Origin: Antedon mediterranea
Lineage: Eukaryota > Animalia > Echinodermata
Assembly: GCF_964355755.1 (NCBI RefSeq)
Contig: NC_092675.1
Location: 4,769,812-4,833,811, forward strand
Reading direction: 5' to 3'
DNA length: 64,000 nt
Every line of letters starts with the position of its first letter. Within the stretch, counting starts at the first letter, position 1. Shown one piece after another: positions 12,956 to 26,268 of this stretch. The position numbers were made by a program, and so were the translations under genes. The notes beneath the pieces were generated by a model that saw only the letters and a list, made by a program, of their open reading frames with translations, did no database searches and was not told the DNA's origin.

Positions 12956-13603
12956 ATTCAGTACATTGTTTGTATAATTTGTGTCTAGCAAGGAATATTA
13001 TAATGATGAGATCAAAATTAAAAATACAGTTGCAGTCCCGTACTGTCGGAAAACATAGTAACATTAAAAATGAACTACTATTTTAAAAACTTAAAATTTT
13101 AATTCTTCTAATTCGCTTATACCATGGTGGAATTACTTTTAGTGCTTAAACTGACTGCTGAATGCGTACCAGTATTGCATCAGATACTTTTACTTACAGA
13201 CATAGGAAGTAGTTATAGTTTATCATTATTTAATAACTGTCCAACGTTTATTATTAGTAACCCATGCAATAAATTCCAAATCACCTCATATGGTGGAATG
13301 ATTGCTGATTCGGCGCTTTTCTTACTCAACCTATATGCCTACATAAAATTACTGACTATATAATATTATAAATGTTAATGGAAGAGAAACCTTTGATAAT
13401 GATGACATTTATAGAGAGAATTGAATGACTAATTATCAAGGGTTTCTATGCTCAAGCACCATTGATTCAACTTAATAATAGTAGTAATGTTGTTAAACAA
13501 ACAATAGGAAATATGTTTAACACTACAGCCAACCCCTATACAGGGACACCCCTTATAAGAGGACACTTTGTGGGTCCCAAAGGTTTCCCCTTAATAGGTT
13601 TAA

Positions 13604-13759
13604 AGCTCTGTCTACACTATCAAACTTTATGTGACAAAAAAATGTACCCATATATGGCCATGATGATTTCATATCACTACCATATTTAAGCATATCACTA
13701 CCATATTTGGGCACATCAACATTTTTTTTTCAAACTAGTTTGATAGTGTAGACAAAGCT
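13604..13759. mobile_element. PIF/Harbinger-type MITE
   Basis: TIR AGCTCTGTCTACACTATCAAACT with TAA TSD on both sides. Confidence 0.85.
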
Positions 13760-14402
13760 TAAGCCTAGTCAGTCAAGTCTAAAAAATTGTATATTTATAA
13801 ACATTTGTAATAATAAATAGAATATATATATATATATATATATAAACATATCTATTACTTTACATTTCTTTCTTCGTTATCTTCCTTAACAATATGTTTG
13901 TGTTACAAGATTTCATTTATGTACTAAGGCTCTTAAAGAAGACAAAATAATAAGTTAAATTTATGTCAACTACTACTAGGCTGTAATCCATTAGAAAGTC
14001 AAGAAAGATTTACAAGCACACTAAACATCTACATAGCACCAGGACAGTTTCATTTAACATTTGAATTTTAAAACCAATTTGCATAAAAAGTACTATATAT
14101 GATATAAATGGGTTGTTTTTAGGTGATAATTTTGGATTCTGAAATGAAACATAGAAGAATTTAATACTTAAGACTAGCAATTTTACAATAATCACAAAAA
14201 TAAAAATTTAAATATTTGAGAAGAAACTGTAGGTTTGCGGTACATCATTTATTTCCTAGATTGATATGTTTTGGTTTTGTCTTCTACAGCTGTCTCCTGA
14301 AATAATTATAACACTAGAAAGCAGTTCCACATCACCCCAGAATACAATTCTAGTATACTTGATATTGAGGAATCTACAGGCTGCACTGAGAACCTTATTT
14401 TA

Positions 14403-14562
14403 AGCTCTGTCTACACTATCAAACTATTTCGACAAAAAAATGTGATGTGCCCAAATATAGTAGTGATATGCCACAATATAGTAGGAATATGACATCAACA
14501 TGTCCATATATGGGCACATCACATTTTGTTTTTACATAAAATTTGATAGTGTAGACATAGCT
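14403..14562. mobile_element. PIF/Harbinger-type MITE (same family), just downstream of the GMCL1 stop
   Basis: Same TIRs with TTA TSD on both sides. Confidence 0.85.
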
Positions 14563-14598
14563 TTACTTGACATTGACTCATGACATTTTAGCCAGAAT

Positions 14599-17500
14599 CT
14601 ATAACCAGCCTTCTTGTGTTTCATTTGATTCTTCTGCTATAGATTGTTCTGATATGTTCTCCACAGAGTCAGGTTGTAAGAAGTCCATTGGTAAAGAATA
14701 ACACAAATAATAAACACTAATCTGTATTGGATACTCTGCTGAAGGATCCATTTCTAACACAACCTTTTCCTGTAAAATAAATATCAACATACCAATCAAT
14801 AAATGTACAGCAAACTTTCCCCAAACCACTTTTTTTTTGTCCTTGCCATTAAAACACACAAACAGATCCCATGTAAACACTAGATCACCATTGGAGTACA
14901 TTTAAAATACCAAGCCCACTTGGTTATCTACGTGAGGGTATGTGGCGCAGTGTGTTGGACGTTTGACTACTGAGGTTCGAATCCAACTCCCGCCGCATTG
15001 CTTGTATCCTTAGGCAAGATAGTTTACTTACGTTTGCCTCTCTCCACCCAGGTGTATAAATGGGAACCTGGTTAGATCAAGATACAACCGTGCGCTGATT
15101 ACTAGCTGCATTATGGGAGTATGTTTCCATACTCGTTTGATCCAAAATTACTGGGGTAATAATGTTCAGCGCTTAGAGGTTTCACAACATTAGCCACTAT
15201 TATAAATCCAGGATATTATTATTATTATTATGAATATATATGGATAGTGGTGGATCCAGGATCCGCCCCTGTGATATATCAAATTTATGAGAAATAAACT
15301 CTTGCAGGTATAGGAATTAGAAATGTATTAAAGGTAATCACAAATAAAATAATTGTTAATGAATACTTACTTGATCCTTTTTTAGATCAAGATAATTTAA
15401 GCCTGATGATTTTGTATATTTACTATGGCCTTGGCTATTGTATGTTGTCACAGTAACTCTAAAAAAAAAAATACACATAAATAAACACACATATTTCACA
15501 CCAACAGGGGGATGCACCAATACACATACAAAAACAACTAAAGCCAATAATATCTGGAACAAACTATGTAAAAATATTATCATACTAAACCAACATTTTC
15601 CCAAAGGGTCCCACAGTCTTTAAACTCTTCAATTCAGATATGATGATATTATAACTAGACTGTACAGTGATAATCAGACCAAGAATAGTAATGACAATAA
15701 TAATTAGGATCATGTGACGACAGGATAACAATGTCTACGATGACGAAAATGAATCAATATATAAAACACTTACTGAAACATGATTTTCCTACTTGGCTGT
15801 AAACTAACACTGTTACTAACAGGGTGTGTGTTGGTGTTCCTCTTAAAAATCACTTGTCTACAAATAAAAACAAATGTAAGTATAAGTCTTCACACATAAA
15901 ATGAGAATATTTCAGGCAGTGGAAATGAACAAGAGTAATCCTTGTACAACAACGAATGGAGTCCATCAGAGAGAATTTGAACTTATGACCGTCATATTGG
16001 TAGAAAACCATTTTACAAGTACAATCTTTTACAATATATTTGTACCAGAGCACTTCTAGGACTGAAAGATTAATTAAACATTTATTAATTATATTGGAAG
16101 CAGAAATTTACTTTTGACGATCTGTCCATCCAGGTAGCTGCAGTTTTATGTAAAAAAATCAAATAAAACAAACCTTTTAGAAAAAGTTAACAATAAATCA
16201 ACTCCATAGTTAAACCCAGTCCACCTCCAGCAATACTTAAAAAAAAAAATTAAATAATTATTTATAACAGTGCAGATTTTGTGCAATTATTGTACATATT
16301 TATTATTGTATTTGTTATATGCTGTTTACATTCCTAATGATTTGTATGTTTTTTATAGGTGCAATATGTTATGATATATTAAGGAGTGTACAGAAAGCAC
16401 ATTTCTGATAATTTCTATTTGCTGTGATAAGCAGCACATTAATTGATAAACATTTATCGTTTATCAATTTTGATTTTTGTATGACATTCAAAGTAAACTT
16501 TATAGACATGATGGATAACATTTTAAAGTAGACACACCCACTAAGGACAGTTTATAAAGTATGTTATATTGCATTTGAAACATTTGTGACATATGGATTT
16601 ATTAACGCGTACCTCTCCTTCCTTTGATATAATACGACCGCATCTCATTGCATATTTTCTAAATTGCTCTGGTGTCAATTCTGATTCAGTTGGTCTGTTA
16701 AAAAATAAAGAATATTTCATCAAACCTATTCTAAAAAATAAGAAGTACAGTATACATCACTACTGTCAACAGCCAGTCAATGACTACCTAATGTCTTTAA
16801 AAGACAGTTATTTAAAGGAATATAATTTAGTAGCACTTTCGTATCGGCTATGAGCGCTGACTGGCTACACCCAGGTCATATGGTGTGCTGAGCAGTGTCA
16901 AGAGGAAAAAACAGGCATTAAAATATGTTGAAAAAGGCTAAAAACGTCCCAAGCCTTCAGTGTTTGAGGGCCACTTAGAGTTCCTAAACCAGGGGCCTCA
17001 GATCTTTGCGTTATGCCTAAAACATATTTAATATTCATCAATAAAGGCACATATTGATTACACATAAATAATACAAATGAACAACTTGGAGATTGATTGA
17101 GGAAGTTCAATTTAGGCCAGAGGCAGTGAATTAGAATTGTTCATAAAGGTTTTGATTCCTCACCCTTTATCTTGTCCTTGCTCAACACACAACATATTTT
17201 GCCATTGCTGTTTATACACTGGCAGTATCCAACCTAAAATAAAATATTGTTACATTACTATTCATCTAACACAATATATTCACTACAGTCCTACAGTGTC
17301 ATAATTCATTATTATTATTAGTTAAAGGTAGGTATGGCAGAAACAGAGAACAGGAATGATTGGGTTAAGATCGATGTAGTGTATATTCATGTGACACCAT
17401 CTAAATTTGTGTGTAAAGGACGATCCATAACATGGTTTGGTAAAGTATACAAAAACCATGTATTCTACAGCAGTATAATAAATCCTCAGTAATGCTTATT

Positions 17501-20500
17501 CTCATCTTTACCAAACCATCTCAATTCTCAAATAATAATGAGAGGAAAAAATACTTTGTGGCCACATTCACTATTCACACTTTCGGAAATATTTACCGCC
17601 AAAATTTAAAAATTGTGAATAGTGAATACCACTTAAGGGATTTTGCTAAATATTAACTGACTTAAGTAAAATATATAGTATTAAACATGAGAAAAATATC
17701 TCAGCTAAGTGTGAATACGACCACTGGCTGTTGAGAGAGTTCCCAACATGACTATCTAATCTATAGTATACTAATGTATGAAGGTTTTGAGGGAAATTCA
17801 AACCAGAGCAACTTGTACTATAAATTAACAAATATCAAATTCAATTTTTCAATTTGTTATAAAGAAATGAATTAAACTTATATTTACTTGGTGGGATAAT
17901 CTTGTCTTTGTCAATCAGTCGCGTTGAAGACAAGTCATTGATAATATGATGAAGTCGAACTCCTCTGAATAAATCTTCATATATTTTACCAGCTTCGGAA
18001 TTTAAAAATTCACCAGGTTCTAAAAAGAAATACGAAATAAATTATAACAACAATGAAATCTAGGAATAGCAGACGATACATTATATGCAAGTGTTATAAT
18101 GTATATGTAAGCTTGAGTAAAGATTCTAGACACAATTGTTTTGGACATAAACACTCCTGCTATCATTGTATACTTATCACAATAACGTTATCCAAGTTTA
18201 TTGTAATGAATGATACCATATGAGAAAGTTAGGAGCTCACCAGGGGCTGTAAGTCCCAGGGGCAGATCCAGCTTCAGAAATTAGGTGGGGGGGGGGGGGG
18301 GAGAGCTAAATATTTTATAAGTGATAAAAACGATTCTTCGGGTTGCAGATAAATAAAAATAGTAATTATTTTATTTTAAAAAGACATGGCTGTTAAATTT
18401 TAGAGTGGCTATAAAGTCTGTTTAGCCTCCGCCTAAATCCGCACCTGAGTCCTACCCAATTTTTGAGTAATTTTCATATAAAATGATCCACATAGACCAA
18501 TAGGACAACCCACTACATACAACCCTTAATTTTGTGTGCAATTTATTTATTTCAACAATATTTAACGGGGGTGGTCCATCCATTCACAACAATACAATTT
18601 GGCAAGACAATAACATGAATTATAACAGAAGTGTCTCTTTTAGGCCTAGTAATTAGATTTACATTACCTTTAAGGCTCCTAAAGTAGATGTCAGCATCTT
18701 TAGCAAGTTGTTTGGTTTCTCCATTCCAATGTGGTGTTAGCTTTAAATATACATACTATAGAATAGAACCATTAATATTGATTGAACTACGAATAAAAAA
18801 ATGACATTGCCGAATGAGAATAATTTGTTCCAATAGTCTCTAATAATTTCAAGGAGGTGTTGGTATTGGGGCCATAGAGATATTATATCTCTATGGTGGG
18901 ACACATGAACAAGCAACAGTATTAAATGGTTAAAAAACAGCATAGAGTAACTTGTATTAAAGAGACACGTTTGGGACCTAATTAAGTATTCCCTTTAATA
19001 GGGTGTACCCTAAACAGGGTTTGATTGTAGTGTTAAATATATTGCTTGTTGTTTGCACAGGCAAATGCCCCCATAATAGGCGTGTTTTCATTCAAATAGA
19101 ATCGTCCCAAAGGAAGGCTTCAATTGTTATTACAGTATTTGGAACACATAAATAGTATGCATTGTACAGCTTAGCTTATAGTGCATAGAGATATTCACTA
19201 TAATATCTCTATGGCTGAACTCACTGCTGAATAATAGTGCTATGTATTTGTGTATACCCATTACATTACCTTTTTAATTAAAGAATAAATATCCATTTCT
19301 ACTTGTAGTACAAACAAGCTGGATGATTTGATTAATGACTTCATGAGATCAACACTGAAAATAAAGTACTGTATGTTAAAATTATACACCACAAGTTTAC
19401 ATATATCTGATTGGTTATCGTACTGTCCATTTCCAACCATAGCCTTGGAATTGTCTTTTTATATGGTGTATGTCTGAATTAAATATAGGCATTTCAACAT
19501 GGGTGTATGTACTGTGTTGCAAGAAATAATAATTATAATAGGACATAAGTCTGCATGTATCTTGTAATGGGCTCACATCTAAGCTTGTTAAAGACGTTGG
19601 CTAGTGGTGTGTGGTATATCAAAATATTGACTGGGGTTTTACCGGAAATGAGTAGCAATGAAACTATACTTATCTACACCTAAATGATTAGACTTGCCCC
19701 AAGTCTGTATTTATTGTCTTTTTTATGTTAGTCCACCAGTCGACATTACGATTTTTGTCCAAAAACAAGCTCAAGTATTATACGTATGAAACGCCATTTG
19801 TGCCAAAATATTTATCTTTTTACTAATATTAAGTCTGGAACACAGACTACTAAATGCTGTAAAAAACAATCATAAAGTCTAACAATCATATATTTCCTTT
19901 TTTTATTGGTTAATCAGAGACGAACTGAAAGTGACAAACTGGCTTGCGTAACAGGATATTATACATATCCTAGTGATTACTAATACTATTCATTTTTTTT
20001 ACCTTATTTCTTTTAATAATGAAATGTTGGTCGTCATCATAAGATTCCTTTCCAGCCATTCAAAACAACTATAGTAATGGAGATAGAAATATTAGGATAT
20101 TAATATATTCATATACATGTTTAACTTAATTGCTATAAGGTACAGAAAACATTGAATGTTATGAATGTGTTTGAACATTGACTTGACATTGTAAACTGGC
20201 AGTTTTAAAATTTTTCACACACTATATGCAAAATAGTAATAGAATTGTAAACTGGCAGCTTACCTTAGTCATAATAATATGCAAAATAGTAAAGTAAATT
20301 GTTACTTTAATTTATGCATAAATAGAAAATATTAAAGTAAATACTGTAGTAATAAAGAAAAGTAAACCTCGACAAAAACAATAATAAAAAAAGATATGCT
20401 AATTAATTTCTTGTTTTTCATTTTATAGTACAGTACTAGTATGTTTTAGCATTAGCACTATAGTAATGAAGATAGAAATATTTAGGATATTAATATAATC

Positions 20501-23500
20501 ATATAATTGTTTAACTTAATTACTATAAGGTACTGTACATTAAACATTGAATGTTATGAATGTGTTTGAGTTTGAGCATTGACTTGTGTGTGTACATACA
20601 CAGATTCAGAATTGTAAACTGGCAGTTTAATTTTTTCACACACTATATGCAAAATAGTAAAGCAAATTGTTACTTTAATTTTTGCAAAAAAAAGCCAATA
20701 TTAAAGTAAATACTTTAGTAATAACAAAGAAAAGTTAAACTCGACAAAAACAATAATAAACAAAGATATGCTAATTTCTTCTTTATATAGTGCAGTAAAA
20801 TGTTTAAACAAACACTATGTTTTGGCATTAGCACTTTTAATGGTGTTTTTTTTTGCTGAAATGTATGAGACACGTGGTACCTTACCTTTGTAATGTCTGT
20901 TGTATTCCGTACATAGAAGATGAGATATAGTATGAACAGACTGTATTAAGACTGTAATGAAAAGTGTAGTCTTAGTTCTACTGTGTTTTTAATCAATCTA
21001 CTGTACTATGGTAAATTACATAGGGTCGGTTAAATAGGTGTAAATTAGAAGGCGGGAGGAGAATTAGTTGACACAGTACTACTGTACATTTAATACAATT
21101 AAACTAGATAAAATTGAATTTAGCAAACATGTAATTTTTTTACTTTGACTTTACAACATATACACTTTAATTACCATACCGACAGAACTGAAATGTTCTG
21201 TTGGCCTAAACTTTCCACCCAAAACTCCCAGCCTCTCAAATTTTAAATATGGGCTTATATCCAGGTCAGTACAGGATGGGATTCAATTTATCAAATAATT
21301 ACCATATTGTGTCAGTCATAATGTCTGAACATTGCTGAATCAATCCATCCTGAAAGAACAATTAATGTGCACTTTAGAGAAGTTAGTACATCTTTCAAGA
21401 CAAGTAGGGGTTACCCCGGTGTACTAGTATACACACAGCCACTTTCACTCATCAAGAGGGCCCCTTGATTGTCAGCATACACTGTTTAGGGTCACCCTCT
21501 ATAAATAAGGTGTAATAAAAAAATGTTATACAGAATCAAACCTATGATATTATGGATACAGTAGCTTCAGTTATTTTTAGTACCAGCATATGTGTCATTG
21601 TTTATTCCATTGTTTACTGGATACTGGTGAGGAAGGTGGAGAAGGGGGTAAAATAGGGAGGTTCTACATATTGCTAGGGAGTTGAACATTGAGAATGCTA
21701 AGGATATAAAAAAGCATTATTTCAGTTGGACCTATGCAGTGATAGATCTACGTTGATACTGGTGAGGAAGGTGGAGAAGGGGGTAAAATAGGGAGGTTCT
21801 ACATATTGCTAGGGAGTTGAACATTGAGAATGCTAAGGATATAAAAAAGCATTATTTCAGTTGGGCCTATGCAGTGATAGATCTACGTTGATACTGGTGA
21901 GGAAGGTGGAGAAGGGGGTAAAATAGGGAGGTTCTACATATTGCTAGGGAGTTGAACATTGAGAATGCTAAGGATATAAAAAAGTATTATTTCAGTCGGA
22001 CCTATGCAGTGATAGATCTACGTTGATACTGGTGAGGAAGGTGGAGAAGGGGGTAAAATAGGGAGGTTCTACATATTGCTAGGGAGTTGAACATTGAGAA
22101 TGCTAAGGATATAAAAAAGCATTATTTCAGTCGGACCTATGCAGTGATAGATCTAGGTTGATACTGGTGAGGAAGGTGGAGAAGGGGGTAAAATAGGAAA
22201 CAGCTCTATTCTAGGAGTTAACAATTTGAGCATTTTAGGCTGTACTCATGAAATGATATTTTATTCCAGAGTGGTTATTCACTGTTGATATAAAAAGAGG
22301 ATGACAAGTCCTAATGTACAATAATTTGAGGATAAACTTACTAGTTGTAGTAGTGATGATGCGGCTAGAACTGATTCAACTTTTGATGGGTCAATGACCA
22401 CCTCATCTTGATATAACGATCCAAGACAGACATCTAATGCTGAAAACAATAAATAGAAATGAACACAGTGATATTTGCTTGATGGTGGTATGGATGGTAT
22501 GGGTTAACATGCTTAATAGCTTGATATCTTTCTGTGCAACAAGACTATAAATAATGGGATTTAACTGTAATTAAATGAAATCCTCAAAATGATGAAAATG
22601 CTCTTTGATGAATTAAGCAGAAAGGATGCCATTTTACAGACTGAAGCAATGATGATGTAGCAAGTTTTCCATGTTGTTATAAGGCTTTACTGTAAATGAT
22701 ACCTTCAATGTTAATGTTAGCGTCTGGTATATTCATGTCCACTTCCGTCAAACTTGACTCTTTCCATGATCCACTAAACATACTAGAAAAGTATGGTGAC
22801 TGAAATAAAAGAATTTAATTACTAAATAAAAAACAATTGAAAAATACTACGAAATGAAAAGATGAGTGTCTTGGTACTTAAAGACAAATAAACTAAAATG
22901 ACATAGGCCTACTTTATAATAATAATATTTAAATGGATTCTGCACTTACTCCATACAAATTACCATTCAATACAAAAAGTTAAAAGAAAACCTTATCAAA
23001 GAAAATTAAACAATTATTTAATAACTAGTATTAACAACTAAATAAATTCTTGTCATTTGATTAGACAATTGTAGGTCACATGCCGTGCAATAATACGCAC
23101 TATTAAATCATCATCATTATTATAGTACTAGTAATAACTTTGACTAATATTACCTGACATAAGTATAACTTGTGCAGTTTCCATGTTTTACCAAGTGCTA
23201 CTATAGAGATATCTGAATTTTCTCCATTTACAAAAAGGGTTGTGAATATATATTTGGATGTGGATTTCAACCGTTTCCTGTAAATAATAATTTTAAAAAA
23301 AGGACTACAAAAATGGGTTCAACAGTGGGCCTTATCATTGACATCTGTTCATCCAATTCACGCTAAATTAAGTAAACATGTAATAGTTTAATTATTAGTA
23401 TTTTATTTGTATGTACCTGAATATGATGATGGTCAGGAAGCAAACTATTCAATAAATTAATAAATAGCAGAGTGAGTGGTGGAGCACGTCTACTAGGGGG

Positions 23501-23886
23501 GCTAGGCTAAGCTTGTTAAAATCTGATATTCATGAGAAACAAACAGTGATTTAATGTTTGAGAGCCGTAAATAAAACCTATGTATGTGAGTCTGACCTTG
23601 TTGGTGGCTTATTCTAGGAAGGTCAACCACACCAGCCAGTAGGGCTGGGCCGACAGGACAGGCCTAATTCATGATGATTGGCCCGCATGTAGCAGCCTAG
23701 GCCTAGCCTTTTAAAGTCAATATTTATATAAATACATTACCTTTTAGGAGTGTGTAATACCTCTTCAAAATCATCATCGACTTGACCATCTAGCCGCCGT
23801 TTTTTTAAATTAAATTTGTTTGAATTGGTTGAATTACTATCTCTTTCAGAGTCACTTTGTGCAGATCCTGCAACGTAGTTTCCCAT
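14599..23886 (-). CDS. GMCL1: Germ cell-less protein-like 1 (BTB-BACK-GCL Cul3 adaptor), ~501 aa, 16 coding exons
   Basis: Exons 23886-23741, 23277-23154 (KRLKSTSKYIFTTLFVNGENSDI..LHKLYLCQ), 22799-22703 (SPYFSSMFSGSWKES), 22439-22342, 21349-21303, 20951-20886, 20068-20003 (CFEWLERNL), 19354-19270 (LFVLQVEMDIY), 18755-18668, 18019-17888, 17233-17164, 16694-16613 (MRCGR), 16235-16174 (YCWRWTGFNYGVDL), 15857-15774, 15458-15371 and 14769-14599. Total 1506 nt in frame; N-terminal MG myristoylation-type start. Confidence 0.93.
14935..15230 (+). mobile_element. tRNA-derived SINE with conserved central domain and L2-like tail, in the last GMCL1 intron
   Basis: A-box TGGCGCAGTG, B-box GGTTCGAATCC, core CCTTAGGCAAG...CTCTCCACCCAGGTGTATAAATGGG, tail CAGCGCTTAGAG..TATAAAT then (TAT)n. 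Confidence 0.8.
20068..20835. repeat. Diverged ~390-bp tandem duplication in GMCL1 intron 6
   Basis: ACTATAGTAATG(G/A)AGATAGAAATATT starts at 20068 and 20457; the copies are colinear through to TTAGCATTAGCAC / TTGGCATTAGCAC. Confidence 0.85.
21620..22197. repeat. 135-bp tandem repeat, ~4.3 near-identical copies, in GMCL1 intron 4
   Basis: GATACTGGTGAGGAAGGTGGAGAAGGGGG at 21620, 21755, 21890, 22025 and 22160. Confidence 0.95.
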
Positions 23887-25071
23887 TTTTTTGTTATGAA
23901 TTTTAATTTTACTACGTAATAGACTTTCGATCCAGACGTCAAATACAACATTAAACAGTAACATACAACCAGCCGTCTTTTTTGGTGACATATTCTTTCA
24001 TTAGTGTGTGTGATGACAAAAGTTTATTTTTTTTAATGGTAAAAAAGGTCAATCTTTCTTTTATAAATTTAAAAATGTATTGTCCTCCCAAAACAGAAAA
24101 ACAAAATTGAACTGAAAACCCAATGATTTCTTTCTATTTACGATTTGTTTGGTCAATAACTAACAATTACCTCAAACAACAACTTAATTATTTCAGGGAA
24201 ATACGTAGACCTACAAACTTAAATTAAAAAATAAGACCCAGTAACAACTTTTAAGAGAAGGAAAATAATTGTTAAGGTCTGAAAACAATATTAATACTAT
24301 TGAAAATTTAATATTTTTTAATATTAAATTCATGAGAAAGTTTATGTGATCTGATTTTTGTATGGTTATTTTCAGTTAAAGTTTCCTAATTCGTTTCAAA
24401 TTTTTTAGCCTTAGTTCTGTCGCGCACTATTGTAAATGACAATCGATTTAGCGGTATATCAGTAGAACATCTTCAAGGCTTCGTTGAAAATTTAAATCCC
24501 CGTGACTAAAGATAAGACAAATTCTTTATTTGTCTCAATCGATTCCTTTCTTTTCATACGGTCGGGTTCATATCCAAGGTACCTGTTATATTATTGTGTG
24601 TAAGCAACATCAATGCTTTCTTCCTGGTTTAAGTACCGTCGTAGCACATTGAAAAAAAACAATGAAACTGCATAGGGCTTGTTATTTAATTAATTCTTAA
24701 AATTAACTCAATTCTGTATATAAAGACTCAGGTGAATAACGATTGAGTGAACATTATCAGTTGAAAACGAATGTGTTTAGAATAAAATGCATTGATGATT
24801 TCAGAAAAAGTTCATCCAAGACTATTTTTAGTCTTATATACTATAGACCATTTAGCTATATATATATATATATATAGGCCTATCTATCTCTACCCATAGG
24901 AAAAAAAATTATTTGTTCCCGTAAGGAACGACTACTTTTGTTCTTGAACCTAACCTTTTGTCTATGTTTCTCCCTAGTCACTTATAGGCTTATATATAAA
25001 ACTATATAGCCTATTAGTACGATTAAAATAAGATGCAATACAAAAACAAATTAATTAATTATAATAATTTG

Positions 25072-26268
25072 TTAGTTTATAAATACTGGAGTTTCTATAA
25101 TACTAGACAAATTTAAATGTTCACGTTTAGTATTTTTACCAGTAGATGAAGTCGTAGACCTCATAAAATTTGGTTCGGTTCTTTTATAAATTGATTTAGA
25201 ATTACGTTCTGCAAGAGACAAGTTCATTTTTTCTTGTAATTTTTTTGAACCTGAACCCGTCGTTTTTGGTCGTACAGGTACTAGAGTCTTTTCTCGGCGG
25301 CGGCGGGTTGATGGTGGTGCAGACGAAGCATTTAATCGCAGCTCATGCATGTAGGTAGAAAGTTTGTCAGCGGAACTAACATTAGACATTTCTGTTTGAT
25401 TGCGTGTGTGTTCAGCAAGTTGCCTTCTATACATTTCTAAGTAAGATGAATTCGATATTTTTGGTGATTTTGAATTTGTTGTCGTTCTACTCATACTGCT
25501 ATTAATTGGCTTGCCACAGTCAAGTTCAAAGGTAATACGTTTCCGGGATTTTTGTTTTGCAGATAGTCGAGATTCATTTATATTGGATTTACCATTATAC
25601 TCTTCCCTTGTTTTATTCACTAAGCGGTCATCTTTTTTTTCTTTAGAAATGTTAAGTCGCCTTGCCAACGAAGTCACTTCTTTGACATTATCAATCGCTG
25701 TAAACATTTCAGAAATTGATTGTCTCCGTGTCCTATTTCCTGGTAGACTCAGGATCATACCACTTGACATGTCCAAAGAGGAGTTCTTGTCGATAGCATC
25801 TACATGGTCGAAAGTTGTCTCTCGTTCACCGTTGTTTTCTCCAAGTTGCCTGTAGTGGTATATCTGGACATTATCAACAGGAACAGTGGATAATCTCCTG
25901 TTAGATACCCGTTTATATTGGGTCATAACAGCCCGCTTTTTTCGAGCAACAGCTCTCGGCAGTAAAGACGATAATTCAGCGGGGGTAGGCAGAGAAACCG
26001 AGCGTTGTTTCCCCAGATAGAACGGTTGATGTGTTTTGTTTTTTGGTAATCTGGGTTTCAAACAATCCTGTGATGATATTTTCCATATTTGTTCATGAGA
26101 ATTACGAATATTTAAATCCCGTTCTTTTTCTAATTCTCGCAGCACAGTCGATAAGTGTGGTTCGTAAGTTCGATTTCGAGCATAAGTTTTCGAAAATATC
26201 TGGTTTGAATGTTTCTTTAGTTTGTTGAGAATTTGACGATACGAATTATTTCCAGGTTCATGCTCCAT
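25072..26268 (-). CDS. Uncharacterised intronless basic Ser/Arg/Lys-rich protein, 398 aa from the first ATG
   Basis: 1.2-kb open frame in very AT-rich DNA (open from 26313); no domain recognised; contains RRLS, RRQS, RKRITF and EPNFMRSTTSS. Confidence 0.7.
   Translation of the reverse strand: MEHEPGNNSYRQILNKLKKHSNQIFSKTYARNRTYEPHLSTVLRELEKERDLNIRNSHEQIWKISSQDCLKPRLPKNKTHQPFYLGKQRSVSLPTPAELSSLLPRAVARKKRAVMTQYKRVSNRRLSTVPVDNVQIYHYRQLGENNGERETTFDHVDAIDKNSSLDMSSGMILSLPGNRTRRQSISEMFTAIDNVKEVTSLARRLNISKEKKDDRLVNKTREEYNGKSNINESRLSAKQKSRKRITFELDCGKPINSSMSRTTTNSKSPKISNSSYLEMYRRQLAEHTRNQTEMSNVSSADKLSTYMHELRLNASSAPPSTRRRREKTLVPVRPKTTGSGSKKLQEKMNLSLAERNSKSIYKRTEPNFMRSTTSSTGKNTKREHLNLSSIIETPVFIN

Noticed and set aside
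15860-16062. Possible extra GMCL1 exon after an acceptor-like TTTCAG
   Set aside because: In-frame stop after ~15 codons in the required phase, and the gene is complete without it
21620-22197. CRISPR-like array
   Set aside because: Whole units are identical with no unique spacers, and the context is a eukaryotic intron
23887-23991. Upstream in-frame ATG extending the GMCL1 N-terminus
   Set aside because: The MGN start at 23886 has an A-rich context and matches the family's myristoylated MG start; the extension is unsupported though not excluded
25511-25855. 114-aa plus-strand ORF
   Set aside because: Antisense shadow of the 398-aa ORF; likewise the plus-strand ORFs over the Link exons
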